A DNA stretch of 63,177 bases, counting the filler, from Sphacelaria rigidula (taxonomy: Eukaryota): assembly GCA_964200075.2 (NCBI GenBank). It is 6 parts of 6 records of this genome, joined end to end, with 100 filler letters (N's around TTAATTAATTAA, not from the genome) between each part and the next. Parts side by side here need not be neighbours in the genome. Positions count along the whole stretch, not along the records: positions 42,188 to 52,632 come from CAXNAA020006477.1; positions 52,733 to 63,177 come from CAXNAA020006478.1; 4 more parts are not named here. One strand, given 5' to 3'. The notes beneath the pieces are model-generated. The model ran no database searches. It was not told where the DNA came from and worked only from the letters and a program-made list of their open reading frames with translations. Numbering within the stretch: the stretch's first letter is position 1; the number at the start of each line of letters is the position of its first letter. The translations under genes were made by a program, and so were the position numbers. Below, in pieces: positions 47,813 to 60,923 of the stretch.

Positions 47813-50264
47813 CGGCGCGCGGGAAGTTGACCTGGCGGCAACCGGGGCGTTGATGTCTCCAAGTGCTATTCCAATAAGTGTGGACAATTTGAACCAAGGT
47901 TTATGTTGGAGACTAGTTTCCGCTTGTGTGATGTCACGCGTTAGTCGGACTCGATGGTGCTTGCGGGTATTTGTGTACTCCGTAAATGCGTGAATCTTCG
48001 GCGTCCATGCTTATTGAAGGCGATCTATTGTGCGTACACGTCGTGTGCTTCCTGGTACTCGCTGTCCACGCCTTTGCGTCAACCTTCATGTGACATACAC
48101 TCGACGGACCGTGGGTTGGCTATATGCTGCTGCATGCTGCCAAACGAAGATCAAATATCACGTCTACACTCTTCCGAGTAGCCCTCAATGGGTGAGTGTT
48201 ATCACGATAGAGATATAGTATGTAGAATAATGGGTGCCTCGCATGGAACAGTTTGATCAACTTTACAAACCTTCGATCCGCTCTCCCACATGACGGCGCA
48301 ACCGCTTCCCTACAGACCAGCCAAACACGGAGAGGTTTCATTCATTCCCTCTGAATACATATTTGGAAGAGAGTTCAAAGAAGTGCCTTGTCCTCTGCCT
48401 GTCACCAGTATGCTGTCAGGCGACTCTGTGATGAACGTGCGAAACGTCCACTCCTTTCTTATCTGCGCCTCAATCTCTACAGATTCGCGCTATGTTATGC
48501 AAGAAAATCAGCATAGCCCTCGAAGTTGTCACCGAACTCGCAGTGTGTGCTTGGGCCCACCATATGCGCGGTAGAATGGGGAAGTAGCATACGTCCAGTG
48601 ATTTGGTTGCAAAATATTTTCAGCCACGTGTACTGCGGCTGACTGAAGTGAAGAAATGTCTGTTTTTCGACTTGGAGTAGACATATAAACTGTTCCGAGA
48701 GAGTGACAGGAAGAGTCGACCAAGATGAGAGAAGTCGACCTGGCGTCGGAACTATGGAGGAGGTATCATCTATGTTGTCGAGTTGCGTGGTAACGACCTT
48801 GCACTCCCATCGGAAGGGTTAGGAGGAGATCAGACCCCCTGATGAGTAAACACATGCGTGCAGTCACTCCTGCAGCTGCAGGCGTGCCGAGGCATTCAAC
48901 GACCTCTTCAGTTGCCTTTCACTACCCTCTAACGCTGTAAGCTATGACCCAAAAAACGTTGGCGCGAGGGGGGTAAAGTGGCGCTGAGTCTGAGAGATGC
49001 GATGCTAATGAGAGCGAAAATATGCTCAAGGCTTTGGATGTTTGAGTGCCGTGTTCACGCCCTACCCCGGTATGGAACTAGTTTTGGAACGATCGGCGAA
49101 GAGACCTAGACGCAGGCGGATGTAACACTGGAATTGACGACAGAGGGGAAAAGAGGCTGTAATGGTAGCCGCGTGCCCACTGCTGCTTGCCTCTCCTTTC
49201 GCGTTTTGGCAGAAGAATTATTTTTGCGAAAATAATGAGGAACGACACCAAAGGCGCCCTCAAGACCCTCTCAGAGATCGTCGAGGGAGTCGAACGCTAC
49301 CCGGGTGTTTGTCGATTTCTACCGGGGTGAGTACAGCGCGTCTTTAATCGTGTTTTCCACTGGAGTCTGATACATGCGAAGGAGGATCCCCGCAAGCCCC
49401 ATATTTATATCACATTACGTTGAGAGACTGAAGGAGATGTTCATTCCACGGTGTTTCTGTTGGCTTTAATAGGACCAGAATGGGTGCTTCGTTTCATGAT
49501 GAGATGATTCACGATACAGAGACATGCATTGATTGATGATTGATTGATTGCCGCACTTTAACTGACCCCCCAGGGGTCCAGCCGTGGTCTCATGATAGAC
49601 GTACCCAACAAAAACGAAACATCGGGTGAAGATGTATGCTTGTGACTCCGATACCATACTCGGGTTTGCACGTATTCCGCCCCTCCTTCGTTGTATTTGT
49701 ACACATCGGTTGTGAAAGGACCCATTTGGTGCACCAAGCCATCGCGACGCTCGCTGCCGTGAAGCACAAAGAGCTGTACGATCGGGCAACGGCGGCCTAC
49801 AACCCCATGCGGCCCCCGGGTTGTGCCCCGTTTCCCTCGCTGGAAGAGTGGAACGGGATGGAGGCCTGCTGTGCCAACGTCTTCTGCAGGTGATGTACCT
49901 TTTTTTGCGGTATGCGCGGAAGCACACATGTGTTGCGTGGGTTTCAACTATGGTGAGGGAGTCGCGGGACTCAACAGTAACTGCCGCGTCCTGTTGTTTT
50001 AGGCGATGTTTCTCCCGATTTATCGGGATATAAAGGATATCCGAAAAATGCAAAAACCAATTCAGGAAATGTATCGAAAAAAATCTGCGGATCCCTCCGG
50101 CAATCTAGCGCCGGAACGTTTTGGTGAAACTTGGAAGAAAGTTGAACTTTTCGGGAAAAGTTGATGAAAAGTGAAATCAATTACCCTGTTCAAGAGTGTT
50201 ATCAACGGGGCATATCTATGTATATATTTGATCCTCCCCCCCTCTCCCCCCCTAAAAGCCTGGT

Positions 50265-50475
50265 GCGGCGAGAACCCGGCATGTTCCATCCCAGCTTCGT
50301 AGGGGCGAACCCCCGATGAGGTTGGCGACGACACTGTAAAACACGCCACTCACTGCGTAAGCAAGGCGACCAGGCTACCGTTTTTTTTCTTGCGGGCTTG
50401 CGCGTTTTTTGCGGTGTCCATAATGGTATAATGGTCGAGCTAGATCATGTTGTGGGGCATGAGAAAACCTCAACG
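50265..50475 (-). repeat. Dispersed repeat (inverted copy at 52733-52965; fragment at 50710-50765)
   Basis: TGGTCGAGCTAGATCATGTTGTG and ACGCCACTCACTG are shared. Confidence 0.8.
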
Positions 50476-50910
50476 TCGCACAGTGGGGATGGTCGTACCA
50501 CGTATTGTGTATATGGTGAGACACCCATGAGGTAGAGTATAAGCCGTGACTGTCTCAGGAAGTGGCGATACCAGACAAAGAAGCAACTCATTGCACGCTG
50601 TCATACAAATGCAAGATAATCAATAGGCTTCGGGCCGAACAATCTTAGCCGGATGCAGCTCACCCTTTTTGCGCATCGCCGAACATACCACGACCCCTTG
50701 CGCTTGGTGATTGAGCGCGAGCCTGGTCCGGCGAAAACCCGGCGTGCTCCGTCCCGGCTTTGTAGGAATGCGAGGTCAATGGTCTGATGACTATGGCATG
50801 CGTGATCATGAGTACACCCCCTCGAATTGGATTTTTTTCTCATATCATCCCAACACAAATTGCTCGAAAATGCTCGTTTTTCGAAAAGAATGTAGCCAGT
50901 CCCGAATTGA

Positions 50911-51320
50911 CGGTGGATTCTCGAAATTGGAGTCGGAAACGAAAATGAGGTTCAACTCAAAGTCGTGCTTTCCATGACCTAAATTCATGACGAAAAACAT
51001 TCATATAGACGACCCCATCCCTCCCGACCTGTCTAACACTATTGCGGGGGATACATAGCCTTTCGCTCCCCCAAGGGGTATGTGCGAAATAACGCTTTTT
51101 GGGCATTTTTTTTTCAGCCTGAAATTGAAGCAAAAGGGTGCTTTCGCTCATACCCTTTGAGGGAACGGAAGGCTAGAAACCCCCGAAATAGTTTTAGAGA
51201 GGTCGGGAGGGATGAGGTCGTCCGTATAAAAGTAATTTGTCATCGATATAGGTCAGGGAAAGCACGGCTTTCTAGTTGAACCTCGCTTATTTTTTCAACC
51301 CCATGTTCGAGAATCCACTG
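50911..51320. mobile_element. Foldback MITE, arms about 180 bp
   Basis: GTGGATTCTCGAA / TTCGAGAATCCAC; GACGACC.CATCCCTCCCGACCT / AGGTCGGGAGGGATGAGGTCGTC. Confidence 0.85.
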
Positions 51321-52632
51321 CTACTTGTTGTTTTTCTCGCCCTGACTGAAAAATATCCGCATTTGTTCGGCAATAATATCTGAGCGGTTGTTTTGCCCCC
51401 CCTCAATTCGGAGATTCGAGGGGGGTGGGGGAGATCCAGTAGTAAGACCCCTGAAGAATAGTTCGTTCGGTACATCCCAAAAGCTGTACGGGCAAGCACT
51501 GTAGACTCCTGCCACCGTTGTTGCCTTGCTCAGGTACATCGGAACAACGCGCAGTAGTCCTGTTTACAGCTCGTTGGTGGATCGCGGGTCTGCCGGTCTA
51601 ATTGATTGACTGTGTGTGTTATCTCCATGGTGTAAGAGGCTCGTTTCAATCTGCGGGAGAGAGGCTGGGATCTACTCTCCGATGTGATGAACAGCTAGGG
51701 GTAATATCTGAATAGCTAAAGCTGTTCAAGTCTATGCGCCCATGATGAAAGGGGTCCACGTAGCTGTCTGGTTTCGAGTGACAGAAGTCTAGGGCACGCT
51801 GAAGCAGCAGCTGGCTTCGAGTGACAGAAGTCTAGGGGTGTCTGCATAAAAAACAAAAATGTGACCACCGGGTTGGCGGAGTTGCCGCGGGAGCGACGTG
51901 TAGCTGACGACACGCCTACCATGCCCGAAGTAACAGGGTCATACCCCGTGAAGCAGGGATGAAGAGCGAGCTTAAGGCTCATGATGCTTTCAGCGGTCAC
52001 GATTCCTACCGTGACGTCGAGCGGTGTGTGGTGGTGAGGTGTTCGTGTGCATTGCTGTTTACATGGACAGCTTTGAGGCGTTTGGCGTTGAGTGAGATAT
52101 CTCTGTCTCCTTACCGCCAGGTCTCCGAGGAGGATGGTGTAACGCCATCGGGAGGTATTGTTGCTCGGGACTGTGTGGCTGTTCCCGTTCCGCCTCTTGT
52201 TTTCCCTGAAACACCAAGTAAACGACGTGTTCTGTAATGCACAAGTATCTGCTGGGGTAGGTAGTCTGTCGCATTGGTTTGGCGGTATGGATGTACCGTT
52301 TGGTGGTAAGCTGAGCGGCACCATGGCAATCCAAGCAGTAGCTAAACTGATGGTGCGCGGATGGAGTGTTCGGGTGGAAACGCTGCTCCATGATGTGCCC
52401 AAGGTTGTTGTTCGAGTACTGCTGCTTCTCAGGAGCAGAATGGACGACCCCGAAGAAGGCATCAGATGAGGTGCTTGATTTGGTGAGCGCCGGTTCGGGT
52501 AAGGTTGAGGAGCAAGGGCTGGTGTGGTCGAGTGCTTGTTGAGAATGAGGGAACATATTGTAACAGCCGATCCTAATTTTTGGGGTTGAAACATAAAATG
52601 AGGTTGAAGTCCCATTCCTCCATTGCAGGGAA

Positions 52633-52732
52633 NNNNNNNNNNNNNNNNNNNNNNNNNNNNNNNNNNNNNNNNNNNNTTAATTAATTAANNNNNNNNNNNN
52701 NNNNNNNNNNNNNNNNNNNNNNNNNNNNNNNN
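52633..52732. other. Artificial contig spacer
   Basis: 44 N + TTAATTAATTAA + 44 N. Confidence 0.99.
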
Positions 52733-52965
52733 GTTGAGGTTCTCCCACGCCGCACAACATGATCTAGCTCGACCACCATCATGGTTACCGCAAAAAAAAC
52801 GCAAGCGCGCAAAAACAAACGGTAACCTGGTTGCTTAGCTTCCACAGTGAGTGGCGTATTCTACAGCATCATCGCCAACAGACGCCAACCCCATCGGGGG
52901 TCCGCCCCTACAAAGCCGCGACGGAGCGCGCCGGGTCTTCGCCGGACTAACGCGCTCCATCGGGG
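52733..52965 (+). repeat. Dispersed repeat (copy of 50265-50475)
   Basis: CACAACATGATCTAGCTCGACCA...CAGTGAGTGGCGT...CCCCTAC.AAGC. Confidence 0.8.
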
Positions 52966-55478
52966 GGCGCCGGCTAGCGTCGAAATTATCCTCCAGCTGT
53001 TCACCTTCACAGCCGCAGCACGCCGGTTTTCCACTCGCCTCGCTTATTTAATTACATAAATCACTGCAGCTTCAGAAATATACGATTCTATGCCCCTCCG
53101 AGCTCTCAAGTAAATAATCTAACGTGTGAATGTAACCATTAAGAAAAAGTAATTTCGCATCGTTCCTCGCAGCCCTAGTTTCGGGTGATCCTTCGGTAGC
53201 TTAGCAGCAGGAACGTTGAGGCCGCACATGTGCACGTTCCCTCCCAGTACGTGCACTTTGACCCAATTGTCGCAGTTCTGCCTTTAAAAGCATGACCGTA
53301 GGAGAATCCACCGCTGGTGGGTAACTGAAAAAGCCTAGATTCAGGGACATGCTGCTCCTACACCATTCTGTCAATCTCGGGCAGCGAAATCACACCAAGT
53401 GCAGACGGCTACTCTAACCTTAATCAGAACGCCGAAAAGACCTACCGCAACAAAAAGACAGAAATATTTCGCTGGCACTCTCGGTGTCACTGTCGTTGAG
53501 CGGTGCACCATCGGAAATCTATACTGCGTCCCCAAGCCTTAGAAAAAGTCACCGCACATTCACCTTCCACTACACTGTTGTCCGAGCTCCGGTGAAAATA
53601 CTCGTACATGCTTTTGTTACGTGGACTACTTGAGAAATAGTCGGCCATCCGGCAGGATTGGTAGCTGCCGATTCCATGGCTCGACCAAAGTGCATGATTT
53701 TTCCTCGCGGTGACAACGTGACATCCGACGCTTGTCAGCTTTGACGCCGTAGCAGACGGCCGAGTTTTTGGTGAGTGAATGTTGCATGTATTTTATCCGT
53801 TCAACGGTGGTCACACCTCCACTGAATCAATCGCTGCCAGAGTGAGGTCCGTGGAAGAGCTTGTTTTCCGTCAAATATCGTGGTATAAGATAGTACGTCG
53901 TGGATCTTGCACGGCTGACTAGGACAACGAGGCAAATTTCTTCCCGGCAGCGCCCTGGGTTAGCGATGCATCTTCGGCACTGCCTATTCCGACGTCCGTG
54001 TGCAGCTGAACTAACGCGAAGTTAGTCGAATTAAAAGCGTTTAATAACAAAGACCTACCAATCGAGATAGTAGAACGCAATATATATATATATATATATA
54101 CACGAACGTTTCTGGCGGCAGCCTTCTGGTTTCCTCCCCCTGATCCGTGACCCCACAGTCGGATGCATCGGAACGACGCAAAAGGACTGCTGGCCATTTC
54201 GATGCAGTAGGATATCGTGCTTGATCCTCAGAATGCTGAGGACACTTATTCCTTGAGAGTCATCAGAGTTCAAAGACGCCTGATACCGTCGACGTCAAAC
54301 TGACCCCCACCGCATTCCTCGGCGCGCTTGATCCGGAATTTCTTGGCAAGCTGGATATTCCAGGAGACGAATCTTATTCTGCTGGCGATTCAAATGAAAA
54401 TGTCACCAGCCAGAACGGCATCGGCAAGGGCGTCTAAGGATTCGCGAGTCGCAGTAGTTGCCGCTACCCAGCGGTGTGGTTGCACCGCACCATGCCTTTT
54501 GTTCTCGTTCCCGGACTAAGGACGGCCCCCGGGGTGTTTGTTCGCCTTAGCCCGCTGAAACCCTGAAGACCATTCGCCAGGTAGAAGTGCGTCATAGATT
54601 CGACAGGTATTTGGCAAATCTGTTGGCTGTCGATAGATTTACCGCGATTTTTGTTCTCAACTCATGTTGTCAGACCCTGGTCGAACGTTTTGTTGGAGGC
54701 GTCGGAACGAGTTTTCCGTTGTGAAAAAATAAGCCGTGATCCCTGCCGCCACGGTGGTCCCCCCTTGTCCAATTTCATGAAAGTGTTGTGCACTGTCCGC
54801 TGTATGCGATCCACCGATCGTCGTAGGATAGGTGCGACATGTACCGAAGCTGGACTTCCCTCCATGGCGTTTATCCACGCTGTTCGTGTCGGCGGCGCGG
54901 ATTTTGAAGGAGGAGTTCGTGACGCTGTCCGACAGGAAGTGCGGGTTGAAGGAGACATTTTCTCTGCGTCGAGGGTCGTTGGCATAAAATGCTGCAGGTA
55001 CGGCCATGAGAAGCTACCGAGGTGAATTGATAATTGATCAGCGCCGAGGTTGGTCAGGAATATGCATCAAGTACAGATGAGCGACGGACATCGCAGAGAC
55101 CTTTTAGGTAGACCGGAAACTTTGATTATGTTTAACGTCACCTGAGTGACGGTAGCGCGTATATATATGTATTTATGTATAGATAAAAGATGTGGCCAAT
55201 CAGCAGCGCAAGCTGATCGAAGAGGCAGTTTGATGTATTGTTGGACGTGAGTACCGATCAAACAGACCTGAGAGGATGAACATTCAAAAAGCGAAACTGT
55301 ACATGGTGATCGCGATCCAGTCCATTGTCACGTCTACGGCCGCCGTTTGTGTCAACGGCGGGCGGTAACAGCCCTTGACACACTCATTCGTGCATTTTTT
55401 TAACGCTCACGTTTTTCACTACAAGGGATTGCGTCGTGTGCAAAACATACCCGCTTCTCTCTTCCACAGATACGTTCT

Positions 55479-57818
55479 TTAACCTGTTGCCCACCGATTG
55501 AGGACGTACGCCTTAACTCCTCTTGTCGTAACTGCCTCATGTAGACTCGGACCTGACATCTCCCGCTTCCGCTCTCCGTTAATTCGGGTCGCGGGCGTCT
55601 CCACCGTCTTGCGGGTGGCCTCAGGTCCCACGCGCAGATTCTCCCGACTATCTGCTTGAAGGCAGGGGTTTCCTGGTCGAAACGGCCAACGCTTGTATGT
55701 GGTGGGAACATATAGCGCACGAGCAAGTGCCTCGTCACGAGATCGTCCAGTTTGCGTCGACGTTTGCGTACTGAACTTTCCTCCACCGAAGTTGAGATTG
55801 GGCGCTACCTCGCGAAGAGCAGGACGATGCGCTCGAAGTTCTCTCGCCATACGCCCGACTAGTGTGCGACGCTCAATAGCCTTTTGGGCAACCTCGTCCA
55901 ACACCACTGTGGGGCGTACATGATGGCTCGCTGCTTCTCGCTCAGCTGAACGATTTCTCCTCACCACTGTAGTGGCCTCCGATTCATGTGTCTCTTCATT
56001 TTCGCTCAAATCTTTCCGCCATACCGGCAGCTTCTGCTCCAAGTTGTGAAGAGTATCCGCTTTTGTGTGCTGCTTCTCAACGAGGTGGGTGTCTATGGTA
56101 GCCAGCCCCACTTGACTGTTGGTATCCTCCATCTCCGTCAACATCGTGGTGAGAAGTGAAATTTCATGGTTCTTCGAATCAATCCGCTCCTCCGCCTCCG
56201 CCTTGAACCGAGCGGCCTCATCTTGCATCTCCTTCATGCTCACCTCACTCAGGGAACGCATGTTTTGGGCTGCTTCCATCGACTGCTCCATCCTATTTTG
56301 GCGGTCGCGCAGAAAATGTGCCTCGACCCTCCAGAACTCAGCCGTCTCCGCCGCGACCTCGGTGCCTGCACTCATCTTAGCTAGCTTGTCCTCGCCCTCC
56401 GCAACTCGTAGGTGGGGGTCGATGATCTTCTTTCCACGGGCGGGAGAACCGCGATCGGCTGCCACTAGCTGCTCCCGCAGTTTACGGACACTCTGTTCGC
56501 AATTTTCGGCAGCCTCTACCACCCCGTGTGTCGTCTTAGCTAGCTCTCCATATTCATTTTTGGCGCCCGCGACGCGCCCGTCGGGTGTCGCATCCTCGCT
56601 TGCCCAGTCCGCCTTTGCCTGATCGAACGCAGGCCGGTGTTGCTCAGCTGCTTCCAGTCGCCCCACGACCATCTTGATCTCGGCTTCGCACAAGCTAGCC
56701 CTCTTCTCCGCGGAAACCTGGAAGTTGGTAATATCTTCGGTCATTTGCGCGAGCCTGACGGTAAGCTCGATACTGATCCTCTTGACTTCAGCCAAGGATT
56801 CCTCTTGCAGGGTCAGACGGTTGCGCAGTTCCATGGCCTCACGCTCCCATGATATTGCCGTCACCTCTGCCTGCTCCGCACGCTTGGCACTGTCCCTCGA
56901 CACCACCTGCTTCTCTCCCAGGCGTTGTTGTAGCGCAAGTACCTCACGTTCCATTTTCGCCAAGTGGTCGATGTACTCCATGCTTTCACGATGGCGCACG
57001 ATGTCGTTGGTCGCCGTTACACCCTGCTCGGCTATCGCGAGTTTCTCTTTTAGAAGAAGAACGCCCCGCTTCGAGTCCTCGACCACCCCCACCACCTCCT
57101 CCACGGCAGTAGTTAGCTCATTTAGCACCCGTTGATTATTTTCAACCCTGTGCTTGAGGACCATTTTCTCGCTTTCCCACTCCATTCGCGCCTCGGCCAA
57201 TGCTGTGGGTTGTTGCTCGGCTACTTCTAGCCGCTTAGATAGCAGTACGGTTTCCTCATCGCGATTGTTGACAGTCAACGCAGCGAGAGTCTGTGTGCTT
57301 GCGCTGGCTGCGCCTACCTCAGCCATCCTGACCGCTAGCTCGACATCGGCGCACTTAACTTCAGCCAGGACTTCCTCTTCCCGAGCCACCCGGTCGCGCC
57401 GTTCCATGCTCTCACGCACCGAGCATGATCGCGTCTCCCCCGCCTCTGCGACCTCTTCAGCCTCCGCCACGCGTCGGCGCGGGGCGGCTATCTCGTTTTC
57501 GTTTGTTTCTAGTAAGTGCTGGGCAGTCTGCTCGCGTTCATGGTAGCGCGTTATGTCGTTTGTCTCCTCAGCACCCTGCTCGGCTGTCTTGAGTTTATCC
57601 CGCAAAAGGAGCACATCCTGCTTCCAACCTTCGGCCTCCTCAACCGCCTCCTCAACGATCATGGATAACTCGTGGTATTCGTGTTCCTTATCCTCGAGTT
57701 TCTCCTTGAGCTTTGCTTTCTCGGCTTCTCCTTTCACCCGCGCCTGGTCGAGCTCCGCACACTGTTGATCCGCTGCCTGTAGTCGCTTGTCAAGCAGTGC
57801 TTCATACTCCATGGTGAT
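55479..57818 (-). CDS. Large exon of a long coiled-coil protein with three to four internal repeats of about 180-190 aa
   Basis: Acceptor ctcag|ITMEYEALLDKRL. 780 open codons, E/K/A/R-rich heptads. Repeats start at LLDKRL, LLSKRL and VVGRL. The 3' end could splice before the stop. Confidence 0.85.
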   Translation of the reverse strand: MTMEYEALLDKRLQAADQQCAELDQARVKGEAEKAKLKEKLEDKEHEYHELSMIVEEAVEEAEGWKQDVLLLRDKLKTAEQGAEETNDITRYHEREQTAQHLLETNENEIAAPRRRVAEAEEVAEAGETRSCSVRESMERRDRVAREEEVLAEVKCADVELAVRMAEVGAASASTQTLAALTVNNRDEETVLLSKRLEVAEQQPTALAEARMEWESEKMVLKHRVENNQRVLNELTTAVEEVVGVVEDSKRGVLLLKEKLAIAEQGVTATNDIVRHRESMEYIDHLAKMEREVLALQQRLGEKQVVSRDSAKRAEQAEVTAISWEREAMELRNRLTLQEESLAEVKRISIELTVRLAQMTEDITNFQVSAEKRASLCEAEIKMVVGRLEAAEQHRPAFDQAKADWASEDATPDGRVAGAKNEYGELAKTTHGVVEAAENCEQSVRKLREQLVAADRGSPARGKKIIDPHLRVAEGEDKLAKMSAGTEVAAETAEFWRVEAHFLRDRQNRMEQSMEAAQNMRSLSEVSMKEMQDEAARFKAEAEERIDSKNHEISLLTTMLTEMEDTNSQVGLATIDTHLVEKQHTKADTLHNLEQKLPVWRKDLSENEETHESEATTVVRRNRSAEREAASHHVRPTVVLDEVAQKAIERRTLVGRMARELRAHRPALREVAPNLNFGGGKFSTQTSTQTGRSRDEALARALYVPTTYKRWPFRPGNPCLQADSRENLRVGPEATRKTVETPATRINGERKREMSGPSLHEAVTTRGVKAYVLNRWATG

Positions 57819-58309
57819 CTGAGTGGTCCAAACGGCGTAAGTTAGAAACGAGGAGGGGGTGAGTGAGCGTGGCGCGGGGGGAGGCGAGATGAGGTCACGA
57901 AATATAACCAAGTGTTTCGAATAAGGGCGGATGGTTGCACTCGATCTTTTAGGACCTATAAAGATCGTACGGTGGTCAGTCTACCGCGTGGGCAGTGTAC
58001 CATCGGGTAGTATTCGGTCGGCCGGAGGGCTCAGTGTAGTTGGCTTTCCTTCGATCGAGGTCGGTTCATCGTGCCCCCCCGCCCTCGCCGATCCCTACAC
58101 CAAAATACCACGCACTTCTGAAAACGCAAATGCAATCATTCAGTAACCATGTGGAAAAATGAAAAGGATCGGCGAACCTGCCTAACCATCTACCCCGTCT
58201 TTCAAAGCGTACTCTTCACCTCGTACTCGTTGCCCATTACCTGTGTCTGAGCACTTGGGTTCTTGTGTGATGTACGTATATAAAGTCTAATGCTATTACC
58301 GACACCCAC

Positions 58310-58531
58310 CTGGTGTCTCGCCCTTGCTTCGTTGGCCATCAGCGACTCCTTCTCGTCGTCTGCCTGACAGATGCGCTGCTGAAGTGCTCTGGCGGCCTCC
58401 TCTGCGGCTTCCCTCGCCTTTTTCACCTCCGCTAGACGCTGATCAGCGAGCCCCGCCACCTTTTTGTCATGCTCTACGCGTTTGCCGACAATCAGCACCA
58501 GGCTGTCGACGGACCGCTTTGAATGGATCAA
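58310..58531 (-). CDS. Coiled-coil gene exon
   Basis: cacag|LIHSKRS...AEVKKAREAAEEAARALQQR...ARARHQ|gtgggt. 222 nt, phase 0/0. Confidence 0.8.
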
Positions 58532-59213
58532 CTGTGCATGTGAGTTCGGCAATAAATGATATGAAAGTCAGGTACAACGGTGCCGGAGTACAAAGTACGT
58601 GGGTCTCAAGAGGTTTGTGTCTGCCAACTCATGAAGCAAGTACTATAATTCGCCTGTACGAAAAGGCTGTGGCGTCGAGGATGATTCTCCCAACCAGGCT
58701 CTCAAAACCCGTGCTTGAACGTATTTTTTTGTGCTGAACCATAACCATAGCCATAGCCAGAACTTCAACCTTAACCCCAATCCCAGCACAAGGCAGATCG
58801 AGAACCCTCGGGGAAGGAGGATATATACAGTGTCCTGGGCAAAATGTGTACTGACAAAATTCATTTCGGCGCCGCAGGTGCCAATTTGAGCCGAAATCTG
58901 TGCTGAGCATGCGGGACGAGCCCTTGGAACTGCGAACCCTGTTAAGAACTGGTTATGATGGTTTATACTAAAACCAGTTGCTTTTCAGCCATAGATTGAG
59001 GGAGCCGGGTTGGGGAGAACTGTTCTGGTGGTATTAGCCAACGAGTCTACCACTGGGAAGATATCGTTCCGCACGAAGGATAAATTGACGGATCTCGCCG
59101 TCTGCTTCAGTAATGTATTTTCGAACATCCACGAGGTACAGGGAGCAAATGTTTAGCTTTGTCTCTTCTGTGACAGAGTTGGACCAGTTCCGACAACGAC
59201 GAACGCAACTTGC

Positions 59214-59407
59214 CTCATCTCTGAGCGATGCTATCGTGCCTTCTAGCTCCATGATTCGATTGCCTTCATTCCCGTGGTCGTGCTCTGATATCTCTTGGGG
59301 AGACTCGCATGATGCTTGTAAGCTGTCAACCTCAAGGCCTGAACTGTTGACCTCCGTTTTCAACCCGCCAATCTCCGCTCTGATACACGAAATGTGGTGG
59401 GCGGCAG
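59214..59407 (-). CDS. Coiled-coil gene exon (probable GC donor; acceptor ambiguous)
   Basis: ...IGGLKTEVNSSGLEVDSLQ...RIMELEGTIASLRDE|GCAAGT. Phase 0 to the next exon. Confidence 0.6.
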
Positions 59408-60280
59408 CTGGGTGACGGCGTGGAAAATATTTGCTGTGTGTTCATAGGTGTGCCTTTTCTAGCATCAATGAACACATACGCCCATCGCACGCACGAGACA
59501 CAAGAACATGCGCACAATAACGAAACATTCGTAAGAATTGCTTCAATGCAACAGATTGCTTGTACAAAATCGACGAATCTAGCGATCTCGGTCATTGAGG
59601 CAGTTGTTGCATATCGTGGTGCACGTCTTCGCGACATACCTGCAGGAATCCCCCTCTCGGCCATCTTGAGCCGAGACGGCGATGCTCGGCATCATATCCG
59701 TCTTCATCTTTGTCTCCTCTACCCCACAGTCCTGGAATACGGCATGCGATATGCGTGGTATTCCAGGTTTGCAACTTTTGTGGAAAGTCAGAACAGTAAA
59801 GCCTTGCTCAATATGATAGAGTCATGCGTATTACATACATGCATTCTATTTCTACCCGCCACTAACTTAATGGTTCTGATCTTGAATCTGTCATCACCGA
59901 CGGCAACACACGGTGTAGTATGCAAAGCGCCAGCCGCTCACGTCTACGTACAACAGCGGATCGTGGCGAATCTTCAACGAAATTTAGGTGCCGACCCGAG
60001 AGGAGGGACTACTGCCGTTTTCTCGGGAAGCGGTAGTTTCAATATCGTACCAGCGGGCCTTCCGCCAGGCTCGCAAACTTTGCCATCTCATCGCATGAAG
60101 TATCGCTGACGCTGTAGCTCACAATAAATTCGCCATTGGACAGAAGAGAGTCGTTCATTTTTTTTCGATTTTTTTATTCTCAGTGGCTGCTTCAGTGGTG
60201 ATCAAAAGTTCTGATTATTATAAAAGATCTGGTTAAAATATCTGATTGCGAAAGATCGTTGGCAGCGGCATTGACCTGAC

Positions 60281-60923
60281 CCGGTGTTGTTGATTCCATT
60301 CCACAAGAATCAGCCGCATCTTCACTGCTGCTGAATCTGCTTGGACGACCGGGCGCGCGTCGACGAGAGCCACTTAAAAACCCCTCCCTGTCGGGCTCAC
60401 GAGATGCAAAAGAAATCTCGCGTGGAGAAGACAACCTTGTGCGATATGCAACCGATAGAGCATTGGGCGTCCGAGCGCGCGGTGATGGGGTCGAGTTTGA
60501 GCCAGAGGTGTCCGATGAGCAGCCCACGCCAATTGAGGGACGGGGGCTCGGCAGTGTGCGATCGCTGACCAATGAAGACGAAGTATCTGAGTAGATTTCA
60601 GCCCTGGCAAGAGCGGATTCCGCGCAAGATGCGTCCAACACCACATGTCGAGGAGACGACGTGCATGAGGATCCGTTGGAGGTGTCGGATGAGCAGCCCA
60701 CGCCGACGGAGGGTCGGGGGCTCGGCAGTGTGCGGTCGCTGGCCAGTGAAGACGAACCGTCGGTGTAGATTTCAGCCCTGGCCAGAGCTGATTCAGTAGG
60801 CGACGCGTCCGACTCGGCGGATCGGGGTGAAGAGATGCGTGAAGATCTCCTGGGTGATCGATCCGCGCTATCGCCATGGTGGGGGAAGCTAGAGTGCAAG
60901 CTAGACGTCCTGCCGCGTGATGT
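60281..60923 (-). CDS. Ser/Pro/Arg-rich exon with an internal duplication of about 60 aa, probably the same gene
   Basis: cacag|TSRGRTSSLHSS... ESALARAEIYxDxSSSLxSDRTLPSPRPSxGVGCSSDTS occurs twice. The donor is at 60280 or 60275. Confidence 0.6.

Noticed and set aside
51716..52615. 299-aa minus-strand ORF
   Set aside because: It starts inside a repeat terminus, has overlapping ORFs in several frames, and shows no motif or convincing splice structure.
56119..57768. Plus-strand ORFs overlapping the coiled-coil exon
   Set aside because: Antisense shadows of a GC-rich, Glu-rich coding strand.
58735..58790. Telomere-like AACCAT/AACCCT tract (also about 36560-36600)
   Set aside because: Short, degenerate and intronic; likely part of an interspersed repeat.
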